Shown: piece after piece, positions 9,168 through 19,470 of the stretch
How the letters are laid out: every line of letters begins with the position of its first letter
Numbering within the stretch: the stretch's first letter is position 1
Assembly (NCBI GenBank): GCA_030532825.1
Contig: JAUNKK010000006.1
Span: 6,938-70,937, forward strand
Source of the DNA: Propionibacteriaceae bacterium
GTDB taxonomy: Bacteria; Actinomycetota; Actinomycetes; Propionibacteriales; Propionibacteriaceae
DNA: 64,000 nt
Direction: 5' to 3'
Translations under genes and position numbers: made by a program
Notes under the pieces: model-generated
Seen by the model: only the letters and a program-made list of their open reading frames with translations
The model's database searches: none
Told to the model about the DNA's origin: nothing

Positions 9168-10486
9168 CGAGGCGAGGTGAGGTCCTCGGTGCCCTTCTCG
9201 AAGGACCCGGGACCGATCCGGTGCGCGACGCCGGCGAACGCGGCTGCCAGCAACAGCCACAGGCCCGTCAGCACCGGGAGCGTGGCGGCGTCAATGCCGG
9301 TGACGGGCAGCGTCAATGCCGCCACCACACCCGCCAGCACGAAGGCACCGTTGAAGGCCATGTCGTAGAACGTGAAGACGCGGCCTTTGAACGCCTCGTC
9401 GATGCCGGCCTGCACCATCGTGTCGGCCAGGATCTTGTAGCCCTGCGCCCCCAACCCGACGAACACCGACGCGACCAGCAGCACCTCCCGGCCACCCAGC
9501 ATCATCGTCGCCGTCGCCAGTGCCGCGATGCCGAGCATGACGGCGACCGAGACCCGCAGCCCCACGAACCGCGCCACCGGCGGCACGACCGCGCTGGCGG
9601 AGATGAAGCCGACGCCAGTCAGGGTCCCCCACAAGGTGAGGTCGGCTAGGGCATCAATGGGGTCGATGTGAATCAGGTTTCTAAAACCCAGGATGATGGC
9701 GACGGAGAACAGCCCGAACAGCAGCCGCATCGCCGCCAGTCCCGTGATGGCCAGCATCGGGACGGGGCGTACGGCGAGGTGACGGCCGGCCGCGGCGAGG
9801 TCCCGCCACACCTCCGAGGCGCGGGTGCGGGAGGCTCCTTCGCTGGGGCCGAGGGCGTCGCGCCGAAACCCTAACCCGAGCGCCACGGACCCGGTGAACA
9901 GCACCGCCGCGACCCAGAACACCACCGCGTTGGCGGGATCGTCGCCGAGGACAGGGGCCAGCCCAAGCCGACCCGCTATCCCCAGCACCGCCCCGATGAC
10001 CACACCCATCGGGCCCACCATCGGCAGGATGGCCGACGCGGTCAGGTACTCATCGGGCTCGACGACGTGCTGCAGGCCGGCCGTCAGTCCCGCCAGCATG
10101 AACCGGTTGATGCTCATCGCCACCAGCAGCGCCGCGAACAGCACAACCTCCCAGTTGCCGTGGGTGGCGCTGACGAAGATCAACACCCCGATGAGCGCAC
10201 ACAGCGAAGCCCGGATGATGTCGGAGACCACCGCCACCTGCCGCCGGGACCATACATCCAGCAGCGGGGAGACAAACGGACCCAGCACGGTAAAGGGCAG
10301 GAACGTGATGGCCAGGATGGCCGCGATCGACCAGGCATCCGGCTGGCTCATCGGCGAGAACAGCAGGTAGGAGGCCATGCCCACCTGCAGCGTCCCGTCG
10401 GCCGCCTGGGACAGGACGCGAAGGCTCAGCAGCCGCCGAAACCCGGGCTGCCGCAGAAGCCGCCGCAGCGCCGATCCGACCGCCAT
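9164..10486 (-). CDS. MFS transporter
   Basis: 440 aa with 12 predicted TM helices. N-terminal 'LRRLLRQPGFRRLLSLRVLSQ' is typical of actinobacterial MFS efflux proteins. Confidence 0.75.
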   Translation of the reverse strand: MAVGSALRRLLRQPGFRRLLSLRVLSQAADGTLQVGMASYLLFSPMSQPDAWSIAAILAITFLPFTVLGPFVSPLLDVWSRRQVAVVSDIIRASLCALIGVLIFVSATHGNWEVVLFAALLVAMSINRFMLAGLTAGLQHVVEPDEYLTASAILPMVGPMGVVIGAVLGIAGRLGLAPVLGDDPANAVVFWVAAVLFTGSVALGLGFRRDALGPSEGASRTRASEVWRDLAAAGRHLAVRPVPMLAITGLAAMRLLFGLFSVAIILGFRNLIHIDPIDALADLTLWGTLTGVGFISASAVVPPVARFVGLRVSVAVMLGIAALATATMMLGGREVLLVASVFVGLGAQGYKILADTMVQAGIDEAFKGRVFTFYDMAFNGAFVLAGVVAALTLPVTGIDAATLPVLTGLWLLLAAAFAGVAHRIGPGSFEKGTEDLTSPR

Positions 10487-10487
10487 G

Positions 10488-11669
10488 TCAGGTCAGATCC
10501 CCATGCAGCTTGTGGACCTTCGCCAGCACCAGTTCCACCCCGGAGGCGTCCAGGTAGTGGGCCACCAGCTCTGGGTCCATGTCCTTCAGCTTCGCCTCCC
10601 GGGCGACGATCTCATCGTAGAGGGCGGTACGTTCCTCATCGGTGCCGTGATATTCGGTGTGCAGGTAGGCGTGGGCCTTACGGTCGAGCACCCGGACGGC
10701 GGAGGCGACGGCGCCCTTGGGACTGAGCAGCGACGCGACGATCGTGACGGTCAGCAGGCCGATAACCACCAGGAGCGCCTGCACATCCCCGAATTCGTAG
10801 ACGGGCACGGGCTGGCCGTCGTTGATGAAACTCAGGTTGTTCTCGTGCAGGGCGTGGAGGATCAGTTTGATGCCGATGAACGCCAAGATCGCGGCCAAAC
10901 CAAATTTGAGGTAGATGAGGCGGTCAAGCAGGTCGTCGATGAGGAAGTACAGCTGACGCAGCCCCATCAAGGAAAATGCCGTCGCCGTGAACACCAGGTA
11001 TGGCTCCTGGGTGACGCCGTAGACAGCGGGGACGGAATCCACGGCGAACATCACATCGGTTCCGCCGATGGCCACCATCACCAGCAGCATGGGGGTTAAA
11101 ACCAACCTGCCGTTCTCCATGGTGAACAGCCGGTCGCCGTCGTAGTGGTCGGTGGTGTGCAGATATTTCTTGGCGAGGCGGATGATGAAATTGTCGGCCT
11201 CGTCGGACTCGCCCTCCTCAGGGGCGAGGAGCTTTCCGGCGGTGATGATGAGCACGAGCCCGAAGATGTAGAACACCCAACTCCAAGCCTCAATCATCGC
11301 GGCACCGGCGGCGATGAGCACCGACCGCGTCAGCAGGGCGAACGCGATGCCGAACAGCAACACCTTCTGCTGATCCTCACGGGGCACGGCAAAGGACCCG
11401 ATGATCACCAGAAACACAAACAGGTTATCGACGCTGAGAGCCTTCTCGACGAGCCAGCCGTTGAAGTATTGGAACCCCATCTCGTGGCCACCAAAAATCA
11501 GCACGGCGACGCCAAACAGCACGGCTAGGCCAACGTAGATGGCCGACCAGGTAGCGGCTTCCCGGATGGTGGGGATGTGGGCCTTGCGGACATGAACGAA
11601 GAAGTCGAAGGCAAGCAGACCGGCGATGAGGACGATGGTCAGAGCCCAGACCCAAAGGGGGACGGACAA
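10488..11669 (-). CDS. TerC-family integral membrane protein
   Basis: 393 aa. The TerC signature has the repeated motif 'SVDNLFVF'/'AVDSV' ('LSVDNLFVFLVIIGSF', 'MFAVDSVPAVYG'). TTG start with AAGGAG RBS 9 nt upstream. Confidence 0.8.
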   Translation of the reverse strand: MSVPLWVWALTIVLIAGLLAFDFFVHVRKAHIPTIREAATWSAIYVGLAVLFGVAVLIFGGHEMGFQYFNGWLVEKALSVDNLFVFLVIIGSFAVPREDQQKVLLFGIAFALLTRSVLIAAGAAMIEAWSWVFYIFGLVLIITAGKLLAPEEGESDEADNFIIRLAKKYLHTTDHYDGDRLFTMENGRLVLTPMLLVMVAIGGTDVMFAVDSVPAVYGVTQEPYLVFTATAFSLMGLRQLYFLIDDLLDRLIYLKFGLAAILAFIGIKLILHALHENNLSFINDGQPVPVYEFGDVQALLVVIGLLTVTIVASLLSPKGAVASAVRVLDRKAHAYLHTEYHGTDEERTALYDEIVAREAKLKDMDPELVAHYLDASGVELVLAKVHKLHGDLT

Positions 11670-11895
11670 CCGGGTTCACTCCTTGGATGAGAACGTCGTG
11701 GGCTGTGACGCGGGATTGAGACATCGCAGCACAGTTCTCAGGGTACCTGGCTACGGTGCTCGCACCCAATTACTCAACTGCTCGGGTGGGCTTCCCAGCC
11801 GTTCCTCCGGCTGTGCTGGGCGCTGCCGGTACGCTCATAGGTGCGAGGGCGCCGCCAGTTCCTGCACCCTCACACGCTGAAGGGAAGGGATTGCC

Positions 11896-13821
11896 GTGAC
11901 TACTCGGGCCAGGTGGGGCAAGAAGCTACAAGCCGGGCTGGCGTGCACGCTAGCCGCGGTGCTTCTGACGGCCGGATGCGTCCCTGGCGGGTCGCAACGC
12001 GACCCGGGCACCCCACCCGACGGCGTCCCGGCAGCCGACGATGTTGTCGCGCAGGTCGTCGCGGGTCTCCCGAAGTCCGACCTGACGGCCGCGCCCCTGA
12101 CCACCTCGCCCGCCGACGCCACCGCCGAACTGAACGTGATCTTCGCCGGTATGGACGGCATCGTCCCCGCCGTGGAGGTGACGGGCATCACCTACGAGGA
12201 CGACGGTAAGACCGCCGCCGCGCAGCTGAAATACACCTACCCCGTCACCCAAGGCATGTGGGAATACACCGCCACCCTCCCGCTGGAGAACACCGACGGG
12301 AACTGGGCGGCCGTGTGGTCGCCGACGGTGGTACACCCACAGTTGACCGCCGAGACGCGGCTCCGGCACACCCGCAAGCAACCCAAGCGCGCACCCATCA
12401 ACGACAAGGACGGTCTGGCCCTCGTCGAAGAACGCACCCTCTACCAAGTCGGCATCGATAAATCCCTCGTCGAGGAAGCGAACTGGCCCGCTTCCGCCGC
12501 CAAGCTGGCGGAGATGCTGAGCATCGACGCAGCCGCCTACACCGAGAAGGTCCTGGCGGGCGGGCCGCAGCAGTTCGTCATCGCCGCGACGATGGCGCAG
12601 GACCAGATTCCGCCCACCGTCACCGATATCCCGGGCGGGGCGGTGCACGAGACGGCGGGCATGGTGGCGCCCAGCGACACCTTCGCCCTCAGTCTGCTGG
12701 GCAAGGTCGGCAACCCCACACCGGAGCAGATCGAGAAGGCGGAGGGCGCCATCAGCGCCTCCGACATGGTGGGGGTCAGCGGCCTACAAGCCCGCTACGA
12801 CGAGCAACTGCGGGGGGCGCCGCAGGTACGCGTCGACCTCGTCGCCCGCTCCGGGGCCACCGCCGAGACCGTGTCGCTGTACGATCAGCAGGAGAGCGTT
12901 GGGGCCCCCATCCAGCTGTCCCTGGACCGGGCGTTGCAGGAGAAGGCCGAGGCGTTGTTGGCGCAGCAGATCCCCGACGACCAGACGGCCGCCATCGTCG
13001 TCCTCGACATCAACGACGGCGGGGTGCTGGCGGCCGCCAACTCGAAAGGCGCTGGCGAGTATCCGTACGCCACCTATGGCAGCTTCGCACCCGGCTCCAC
13101 ATTCAAGGTGATTTCGTCGCTGGCGATGATCCGCGCCGACGGGCTGACGGCCGACTCGACGGTGGAATGCCCCATATCGGTGGAAGTCGGCGGGCACACC
13201 GTCAAGAACTACGCGCGCTACCCGGAGGTGCACACGGGCAGTATCCCGTTCAAGGACGCTCTGGCCTACTCCTGCAACACCACCTTCGCGGCCGCAGCCG
13301 AGCAGATCACGCCCGACGCGCTGAAAGCAGCGGCAGCCAGCCTCGGCGTTGGCACCGACTATGATGCCGGTTTCACCTCCAACTTCGGCAAGGTGGAGCC
13401 CAACGTCAACGACCCGATCGACCGGGCCATCAGCATGATCGGGCAGGGCGGCATCGAGATGTCGCCGCTGGGCATGGCCGCCGTCGCCGCCAGCGTCGGC
13501 TCCGGCAAAACCACCATCCCGTGGCTAGTCAAGGACCACCAGGCCACCTCCACCGCGACGGCGCTGACCCCCGAGGAGGCGACTAGCCTGCAGGCCATGA
13601 TGCGCTCGGGCGTGGACTACGGCACCGGCAAGGGCCTGCAAGGGGTGATGACGGGCGCCAAGTCCGGCACCGCCGAGTTCGGGGCCGACGCGGCCAACAC
13701 CGCTGACGCCCACGCCTGGATGATCGCGTGGAACGACAAGTACGCCGTCGCCGTGTTCCTGCAGCAGGGATCGTCGGGGTCCACGTCGGCCGCGCCGCTT
13801 ATCACGGCGCTCCTCAGCTGA
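11896..13821 (+). CDS. Penicillin-binding protein (class B transpeptidase-type), lipoprotein-anchored
   Basis: Lipobox 'LLTAGC'. Transpeptidase motifs SxxK ('GSTFKV'), SxN-like, and KTG-like ('KSGTAEF'). GTG start with GGAAGGGA RBS. Confidence 0.8.
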   Translation: MTTRARWGKKLQAGLACTLAAVLLTAGCVPGGSQRDPGTPPDGVPAADDVVAQVVAGLPKSDLTAAPLTTSPADATAELNVIFAGMDGIVPAVEVTGITYEDDGKTAAAQLKYTYPVTQGMWEYTATLPLENTDGNWAAVWSPTVVHPQLTAETRLRHTRKQPKRAPINDKDGLALVEERTLYQVGIDKSLVEEANWPASAAKLAEMLSIDAAAYTEKVLAGGPQQFVIAATMAQDQIPPTVTDIPGGAVHETAGMVAPSDTFALSLLGKVGNPTPEQIEKAEGAISASDMVGVSGLQARYDEQLRGAPQVRVDLVARSGATAETVSLYDQQESVGAPIQLSLDRALQEKAEALLAQQIPDDQTAAIVVLDINDGGVLAAANSKGAGEYPYATYGSFAPGSTFKVISSLAMIRADGLTADSTVECPISVEVGGHTVKNYARYPEVHTGSIPFKDALAYSCNTTFAAAAEQITPDALKAAAASLGVGTDYDAGFTSNFGKVEPNVNDPIDRAISMIGQGGIEMSPLGMAAVAASVGSGKTTIPWLVKDHQATSTATALTPEEATSLQAMMRSGVDYGTGKGLQGVMTGAKSGTAEFGADAANTADAHAWMIAWNDKYAVAVFLQQGSSGSTSAAPLITALLS

Positions 13822-13823
13822 GT

Positions 13824-14750
13824 TCAGGCCAGCTGGAACACCCGGGCGACGATGGCCGCCGCGATCAACACCACGATGAGGCCCACCAGCGGCCACTGCC
13901 AGCGCTGACGCTGCTCCCGGGGCAGGCCGATGATCGCCGCGGTCACGGCGAGCCCCCCGAGCAGGCCGCCCAGGTGTCCCTGCCAGGAAATCGACGCCGC
14001 CCCGATGACGGTGATCACGACGTTCAGGCCTAGCCACACCAGGATGGCCCGCACGTCGCCGCGGTGCTTCAGGACCAGCACGAGCACGGCGCCCATCATC
14101 CCGAAGATCGCACCTGAGGCACCCAGGGTCGTGACATGCGTGTCGGTGAACCACAGCACCACCGCCGAGCCCGCCAGCGCCGAGACCAGGTACACCGTCA
14201 GGAATCGGACCCGGCCCAGCGCCTGTTCCAACTGCGGCCCCAGGATGAACAGGGCCGCCATGTTAAACGCCAAATGGAGCAGCTCAACGTGCACGAAAGC
14301 GTTGGTGAGGACCTGCCACCACGCCCCGGAGGCCACCCCGTCAATCCACGTTCTGTTTCCCACGCACTCCGCGGCCGCGACGGGCACCAGGTAGGCGTCG
14401 TTCACCAGGCACCAGCCCTCGGTGCGGATCGCCAGCCACCGCACGAGTGGGCTCTGCAGACCGCCCGTGAAGAAGACCGCGGCCCACACCACCAGGTTGA
14501 TGCCAATCAGCACCTGCGACGTCAAAGCCGGGTTGCTGCTGCGGACTCCACCGTAGGGCAGCTGCCCCTGCCGGGTCTGACGTCGTCCCTCCGCAACGCA
14601 ACTGGGGCACTGGAAACCGACGGAGCCCGCCACCATGCAGCGCGGGCAGATGGGACGGCGGCAGCGCTGGCAGACAATGCCGGTGGGTTCCTCGGGGTGG
14701 CGGTAGCAGACGCGGTCTTGCATGGCGGCAAGGCTACCCGGAACAGCCAT
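13824..14750 (-). CDS. Rhomboid-family intramembrane serine protease with N-terminal zinc-ribbon
   Basis: N-terminal 'CQRCRRPICPRCMV...FQCPSC' has four Cys pairs. Rhomboid catalytic 'GASGAIFGMMGA' (GxSG) and a downstream His lie in TM helices. Confidence 0.8.
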   Translation of the reverse strand: MAVPGSLAAMQDRVCYRHPEEPTGIVCQRCRRPICPRCMVAGSVGFQCPSCVAEGRRQTRQGQLPYGGVRSSNPALTSQVLIGINLVVWAAVFFTGGLQSPLVRWLAIRTEGWCLVNDAYLVPVAAAECVGNRTWIDGVASGAWWQVLTNAFVHVELLHLAFNMAALFILGPQLEQALGRVRFLTVYLVSALAGSAVVLWFTDTHVTTLGASGAIFGMMGAVLVLVLKHRGDVRAILVWLGLNVVITVIGAASISWQGHLGGLLGGLAVTAAIIGLPREQRQRWQWPLVGLIVVLIAAAIVARVFQLA

Positions 14751-14755
14751 GTATC

Positions 14756-15970
14756 GTGCCTCCCATGGGAGCAGGGCATTCGCACGGGAACGTTGACCTC
14801 GACCAGGTAGCCGTCGGGGATGCGGCGGCCAAGATCCTGAAGATCTTCCTGGCCGTCGTTGCCGCCATCACCATCGCGGGGCTGATCCTGCTGTGGCCCT
14901 CCAGTTCGCAACTGAATCGGGCCACGGCAAAACAGGCCGACGCACCCGGCGTGTCCTACGAGCACGGCACGATCACCGAGGTCACCGAGGGCTGCCCCAC
15001 CATGCAAGGGGGGCAGGCCAAGTGCTACACCGTGGCAGTCACCGTCAACACCGGCGAGGACGCCGGCCAGAGCGTCACCATCGAGTTGATGGGGCCGCAC
15101 GCCTACTCGGGGCTGCGCCCCGGCGACGACGTGGAGATGGGGAGAATTTCCACTCCCGATGGGCCACTGTGGTCGTTCTCAGCCGCCAATCGGCTACCGG
15201 CGCTGATCGGCATGGGGGTGCTGTTCGTCGCCGTGGTGCTGGCTGTGGCCCGCTGGAAGGGGCTGTTTGCGCTGCTGGGGCTGGGCTTCTCCGGTTTCGT
15301 GCTGGTCGGTTTCATGCTGCCCGCGCTCATCACAGGCAAACCGGGCATGGCCGTGGCGCTCGTCGGAGGGACAGCGATCCTGTTCGTGGTGCTGTATGTG
15401 GCGCACGGGGTGTCGCTGCGGACCTCGACGGCGCTGGCGGGGACGCTGCTGGGGCTGGCGGTGACCACGCTTCTGGGCACGATCTCGGTGGAGCTGGCCC
15501 GGCTGTCTGGTTTCGCCGACGAGAACGAGTACGACCTGGCCAGCGTGCTGCCTGGTTTGGACCTGAGGCAGCTGCTCATGGTGGGGATCATCGTCGGTGG
15601 GCTCGGCGTCCTGAACGACGTCACGATCACCCAGAGTTCGGCGGTGTGGGAGCTGCGGGCGGCGGCGCCGGCGATGTCGCGCCGGGAGCTGTTCGCGGCG
15701 GGCATGCGGATCGGCCGCGACCACATCGCCTCCACCATCTACACCATCGTCTTCGCCTATGCGGGCGGCTCTCTAGCGGTCCTGCTGCTGCTGTTCTTCA
15801 CCAACCGCGAAGTCATTGACCTGCTGAACGTGGAGATGTTCGCAGGCGAGATCGTGCGCACCCTTGGCAGCGCCATTGGTCTGGTGCTGAGCGTCCCGAT
15901 CACGACGGGGATCGCAGCCCTGGTGGTGGCCCCGGCCCGGCCTGTGGAGGCTGAATCGTCGGCTGCGTGA
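14756..15970 (+). CDS. YibE/F-family membrane protein
   Basis: 404 aa with one N-terminal TM, a ~100-aa extracytoplasmic domain, then ~8 TM helices. This matches the YibE/F family fold. Confidence 0.55.
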   Translation: MPPMGAGHSHGNVDLDQVAVGDAAAKILKIFLAVVAAITIAGLILLWPSSSQLNRATAKQADAPGVSYEHGTITEVTEGCPTMQGGQAKCYTVAVTVNTGEDAGQSVTIELMGPHAYSGLRPGDDVEMGRISTPDGPLWSFSAANRLPALIGMGVLFVAVVLAVARWKGLFALLGLGFSGFVLVGFMLPALITGKPGMAVALVGGTAILFVVLYVAHGVSLRTSTALAGTLLGLAVTTLLGTISVELARLSGFADENEYDLASVLPGLDLRQLLMVGIIVGGLGVLNDVTITQSSAVWELRAAAPAMSRRELFAAGMRIGRDHIASTIYTIVFAYAGGSLAVLLLLFFTNREVIDLLNVEMFAGEIVRTLGSAIGLVLSVPITTGIAALVVAPARPVEAESSAA

Positions 15971-16053
15971 TGTCGCTGGGCGACATGTCCGGGCAAACCG
16001 GTAGCTTGTGCCAAACCTGACCGTGGCTCAAGAAATCACCCGAAAGGCTTCTG

Positions 16054-16680
16054 ATGTCCGAAACCCAACCCGTTGATACAGCCGAAGGCAGTTCCTTCCT
16101 GACCCGCCTAGCCCAGACCATCACCCGGCTCGACCGCTTTGCCATCTTCATGCTGCGCCTCGGCGTGGCCGTCGTGTTCCTGTGGATCGGCGGCCTGAAG
16201 TGGTTCAAGTACGAGGCCGACGGCATCGTGCCGTTCATCGCGAACTCACCGGTTATGAAATGGATGATCGGCGACCCCGCGAACTACAAGTCCCACATGA
16301 ACGCGGAGGGCGTGCTCATCGACGCGAACCGCGCTTGGCACGAGGCCAACGGCACCTACCCCGTGTCGATCTTCATCGGCGTCACCATCTGCCTGATCGG
16401 CGCGCTCATCCTGGGCCACTACCTTCACCCGACGCTCGGCATGCTGGGCGCGCTGGGTGTCGTGTGCTTCTCGTTCGTGACGTTGTCGTTCCTCATCACC
16501 ACGCCCGAGGTGTGGGTTTCGGCTCCCAAGGAAGGCATCGCCGACGCCGACATCGGTTTCCCCTACCTGAGCGGCCGCGGACGGCTCGTCGTGAAGGACT
16601 GCATTCAGTTGGGCGCCGGTTTCGTGCTGTTGGTGGACTCGGCCCGCGTCTTCTTGAAACGCAAGCAGCTGGCTGCCTGA
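16054..16680 (+). CDS. DUF417/YkgB-like inner-membrane protein
   Basis: 208 aa with four TM helices. 'FAIFMLRLGVAVVFLWIGGLKWFKYEADGI' resembles the YkgB/DUF417 N-terminus. Confidence 0.5.
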   Translation: MSETQPVDTAEGSSFLTRLAQTITRLDRFAIFMLRLGVAVVFLWIGGLKWFKYEADGIVPFIANSPVMKWMIGDPANYKSHMNAEGVLIDANRAWHEANGTYPVSIFIGVTICLIGALILGHYLHPTLGMLGALGVVCFSFVTLSFLITTPEVWVSAPKEGIADADIGFPYLSGRGRLVVKDCIQLGAGFVLLVDSARVFLKRKQLAA

Positions 16681-16775
16681 GCGGCACTCCCGCGGGGCTC
16701 GTCCGATTCCGGGCGGGCCCCGCAGCCTACCCGAGCGTGCCCGGAAGCCCCGACGATGGGGTCGCTGGATGGCTC

Positions 16776-16807
16776 GGGGCCGGGCAACGAATTTTCGCCC
16801 CGGCCCC
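16776..16807 (+). terminator. GC-rich hairpin (GGGGCCGGG-loop-CCCGGCCCC) downstream of the DUF417 gene; candidate factor-independent terminator
   Basis: Perfect 9-bp inverted repeat with a 14-nt loop, ~100 bp after the stop at 16680. There is no U-tract, which is common in actinobacteria. Confidence 0.3.
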
Positions 16808-16871
16808 CAAAGTGCTCAAACTTTCCGATAGATTTAGCAATTGGGACGTTACTAATAACAAGGGAGTTGTT

Positions 16872-17888
16872 ATGAGCACCATCACGATCCTTGGTGCCGG
16901 CGCCATGGGCTCCGCCATCGCCACCCCGCTCAGCGACGCCGGGCACCGCGTCCGGCTGTGGGGCACCCACCTCGACGACCACCTCATCGCCGCCGTCCGC
17001 GACGGCAAACCCCACCCGCGCACCAAGGTGCCGCTGGCCGACGGGGTGGCGACGTTCCTGGCCGGGGACCTGGAAGCCGCGCTCGACGGAACGGACCTCG
17101 TGGTGCTGGCGGTGTCGTCGGTGGGCGTCATCGACATCACCCGGCTGGCGGCGTCGCACCTCCTGGAGGCGCAAGCCATCCTGCTGACCTCGAAGGGTTT
17201 CGCGCCCGACCAGGACGGCCGCATCACCCTGCTGCCGCAGGCCGTCGAGGCCCAGCTGGTCGTTCCCCGGCCTGTGGTTGCCGTCGGCGGGCCCTGCAAA
17301 GCCAACGAGGTGGCCGCCCGCCGCCCGACCGCCGCCATCTTCGCGGCCGCCGACGGGGCCCAGGAGTGGGCGCGGTTCGCCACCACCGAGGCCTACCGCG
17401 TCGCCAACACCCCCGACCGCGACGGCGTGGAGCTCTGCGCGGCCCTGAAGAACGTCTACGCCATCGCCCTTGGTATCGCCGACGGGCTGGGCGAGCGCGG
17501 CGGGGAGCCGTACCACGATCTCAAAGCGGCGGCATTCGCACAGGCCCTAGCCGAGCTGCGGCAGCTTCTAGCCGCGGAGGGCGCCGACCCGTGGACCGCG
17601 CTCGGGCTGGCGGGCGCAGGCGACCTGGAGGTCACCGGGCTGTCGGGCCGCAACAAGGTCTATGGCACGCGCCTCGGCGCCGGCCAAGCAGCCGACGTGG
17701 CCCTAGCCGAGATGGTCGCCGCCGAGCAGACCGTCGAGGGCGTGCCCGCCGTCGCCCTAGCCGTTACCTTCATTCAGCAGCGGCATCCCGAACTCGCCGC
17801 CGAGCTGCCCCTGCTGCACGCCATTCACGCCGTCGTCCATGAGGGCGCCGACCTGCAACACATCATCAACGCGGCCCTGCCGCGCTGA
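16872..17888 (+). CDS. gpsA: NAD(P)H-dependent glycerol-3-phosphate dehydrogenase
   Basis: Start chosen at 'MSTITILGAGAMGSAIA' (Rossmann GxGxxG) with GGGAG RBS. The ORF-track 5' extension (16182-16871) is GC-frame noise. Length is 338 aa. Confidence 0.8.
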   Translation: MSTITILGAGAMGSAIATPLSDAGHRVRLWGTHLDDHLIAAVRDGKPHPRTKVPLADGVATFLAGDLEAALDGTDLVVLAVSSVGVIDITRLAASHLLEAQAILLTSKGFAPDQDGRITLLPQAVEAQLVVPRPVVAVGGPCKANEVAARRPTAAIFAAADGAQEWARFATTEAYRVANTPDRDGVELCAALKNVYAIALGIADGLGERGGEPYHDLKAAAFAQALAELRQLLAAEGADPWTALGLAGAGDLEVTGLSGRNKVYGTRLGAGQAADVALAEMVAAEQTVEGVPAVALAVTFIQQRHPELAAELPLLHAIHAVVHEGADLQHIINAALPR

Positions 17889-17915
17889 CCCACCTCCCAA
17901 GGCAAAGAGGCCACC

Positions 17916-19439
17916 ATGACCGACAGCACCCCCGTAATTCTCGCCCTCGATTCTTCAACCACCGCTACCAAAGCCATCGCCTTCGACCTGAACGGCCGCA
18001 CCGTCGTCGAGGCCCGCCGCGACTATCCCCGCAGCAATCCTCGCCCTGGCTGGCAGGAGCAGGATGCCGGGGACTGGTGGCGCGCCACCGCCGACGCCAT
18101 CCGGGAGGTGACAGCGCAGCTACCCGCCGGGCGGGAGATCTTGTCGCTGTGCATGACCCACCAGCGCGAATCCTTCGTGCTACTCGACGACCATGACCAG
18201 CCGATCCGACCCGCCGTGCTCTGGCTCGACACCCGCGCTGGCGAGCAGATCGCGCGCGTCGGCAGCGACCAGGTCCACGCCCTGTCCGGCAAGCCCCCGT
18301 CGACGACGCCCAGCTTCTACAAGCTGATCTGGCTGGCCGAGCACGAACCGCAGGCCATGCGCGCCGCCCACCGCGTCGTCGAGGTCCACGCCTACCTCAC
18401 CCACCAGCTCACGGGCCAGTGGGTGACCAGCTGGGCCACCGCCGACCCCATGGCGGTGCTGGACATGAACTCCTTCACCTATTCGGACGCGCTGCTGGCG
18501 CTAGCAGGGCTGTCGGTGGAGCAGATGGCCGAGCTGCGGCCGCCCGGCAGCATCATGGCCACCGTCACCGACGCCGTCGCCGACGACTTGGGGCTGCCGC
18601 GCGACCTGCCGGTCGTCGCCGGGGCGGGCGACGGGCAGTCGGCGGGGCTGGGGGCGAACGTCACCACGGCGTCGCGGGCTTACCTCAGCCTCGGCACGTC
18701 GATGACGATGGGCATCCACTCCGACCAGTACCTGTATTCCCGGGCATTCCGCACGCTGTCGAGCCCCATCGCGGGCAGCTACACGCTGGAGGCGCTGCTG
18801 TCGTCGGGCGGGCTGTGCATCGCCTGGTTCCGCGACCGGCTCTCCGGCATGGACCCGGCCGATGGCCCCATTGAGCCGCGGCTGGCGGAGCTGGCCGCCG
18901 ATGTACCGCCCGGGGCCCGCGGGGTGCAGTTCCTGCCCTATCTCACCAGCGCCGAAACCCCATATTGGGATGCGGATGCGCGCGGGGCGTTCGTCGGCTT
19001 CTCCGACACGCACGGGGTGCCTGAGCTGTATCGGGCGCTCCTGGAGGGCCTGGCCTTGGAAGAGCGGCTCACGCTCAAGCGCGTCGAGAAAGCCACCGGA
19101 ACCCCCGTCGAGCGGCTGGTGGTGATGGGGGGCGGCACGAAGTCGGCGCTGTTCAACCAGATTCTCGCCGACGCGCTCCAGCGACCCATTGATGTATGCG
19201 CCGAGCCGGAGACCACCTGCCTGGGTGCGGCGATCCTTGGGGCAGCCGCGGTCGGGGCCGACGGGGTCACCGACGTCCGGGCGACGGCCAGCCGCATGAG
19301 TCGCGTCTCGCACACCGTCGATCCGCAGCCGCACCTCAAAAAGGTGTACCGGAAGGCCGCGAAGGCGCACCAGGCACTCTACCCGGCGCTGCGGAAGGTG
19401 TTCCCGGTGATCACGGACCTGAGGGAGTCCGCCAACTGA
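17916..19439 (+). CDS. FGGY-family carbohydrate kinase (xylulokinase/glycerol-kinase-like)
   Basis: N-terminal 'ILALDSSTTATKAIAFD' is the FGGY N-domain. C-domain 'VMGGGTKSALFNQILADAL' is the FGGY signature. 507 aa. Confidence 0.8.
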   Translation: MTDSTPVILALDSSTTATKAIAFDLNGRTVVEARRDYPRSNPRPGWQEQDAGDWWRATADAIREVTAQLPAGREILSLCMTHQRESFVLLDDHDQPIRPAVLWLDTRAGEQIARVGSDQVHALSGKPPSTTPSFYKLIWLAEHEPQAMRAAHRVVEVHAYLTHQLTGQWVTSWATADPMAVLDMNSFTYSDALLALAGLSVEQMAELRPPGSIMATVTDAVADDLGLPRDLPVVAGAGDGQSAGLGANVTTASRAYLSLGTSMTMGIHSDQYLYSRAFRTLSSPIAGSYTLEALLSSGGLCIAWFRDRLSGMDPADGPIEPRLAELAADVPPGARGVQFLPYLTSAETPYWDADARGAFVGFSDTHGVPELYRALLEGLALEERLTLKRVEKATGTPVERLVVMGGGTKSALFNQILADALQRPIDVCAEPETTCLGAAILGAAAVGADGVTDVRATASRMSRVSHTVDPQPHLKKVYRKAAKAHQALYPALRKVFPVITDLRESAN

Positions 19440-19470
19440 CAGCCCAACCGGCTGGCGCCGCGTCGTCGGG

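Noticed and set aside
11670-11895. Possible yybP-ykoY (Mn2+) riboswitch in the 5' UTR of the TerC-family gene
   Set aside because: TerC/MntP genes are often riboswitch-controlled. Reading the minus-strand leader, I could not find the conserved GGAGAGUAG / CAUA-type core elements, only an AAGGAG RBS. Not supported from sequence alone.
16182-16871. 5' 230-codon extension of the gpsA ORF (track ORF 16182-17888)
   Set aside because: The extension overlaps the DUF417 gene and a terminator hairpin and translates to Arg/His/Pro-rich noise. A proper RBS and the Rossmann-fold N-terminus begin at 16872.
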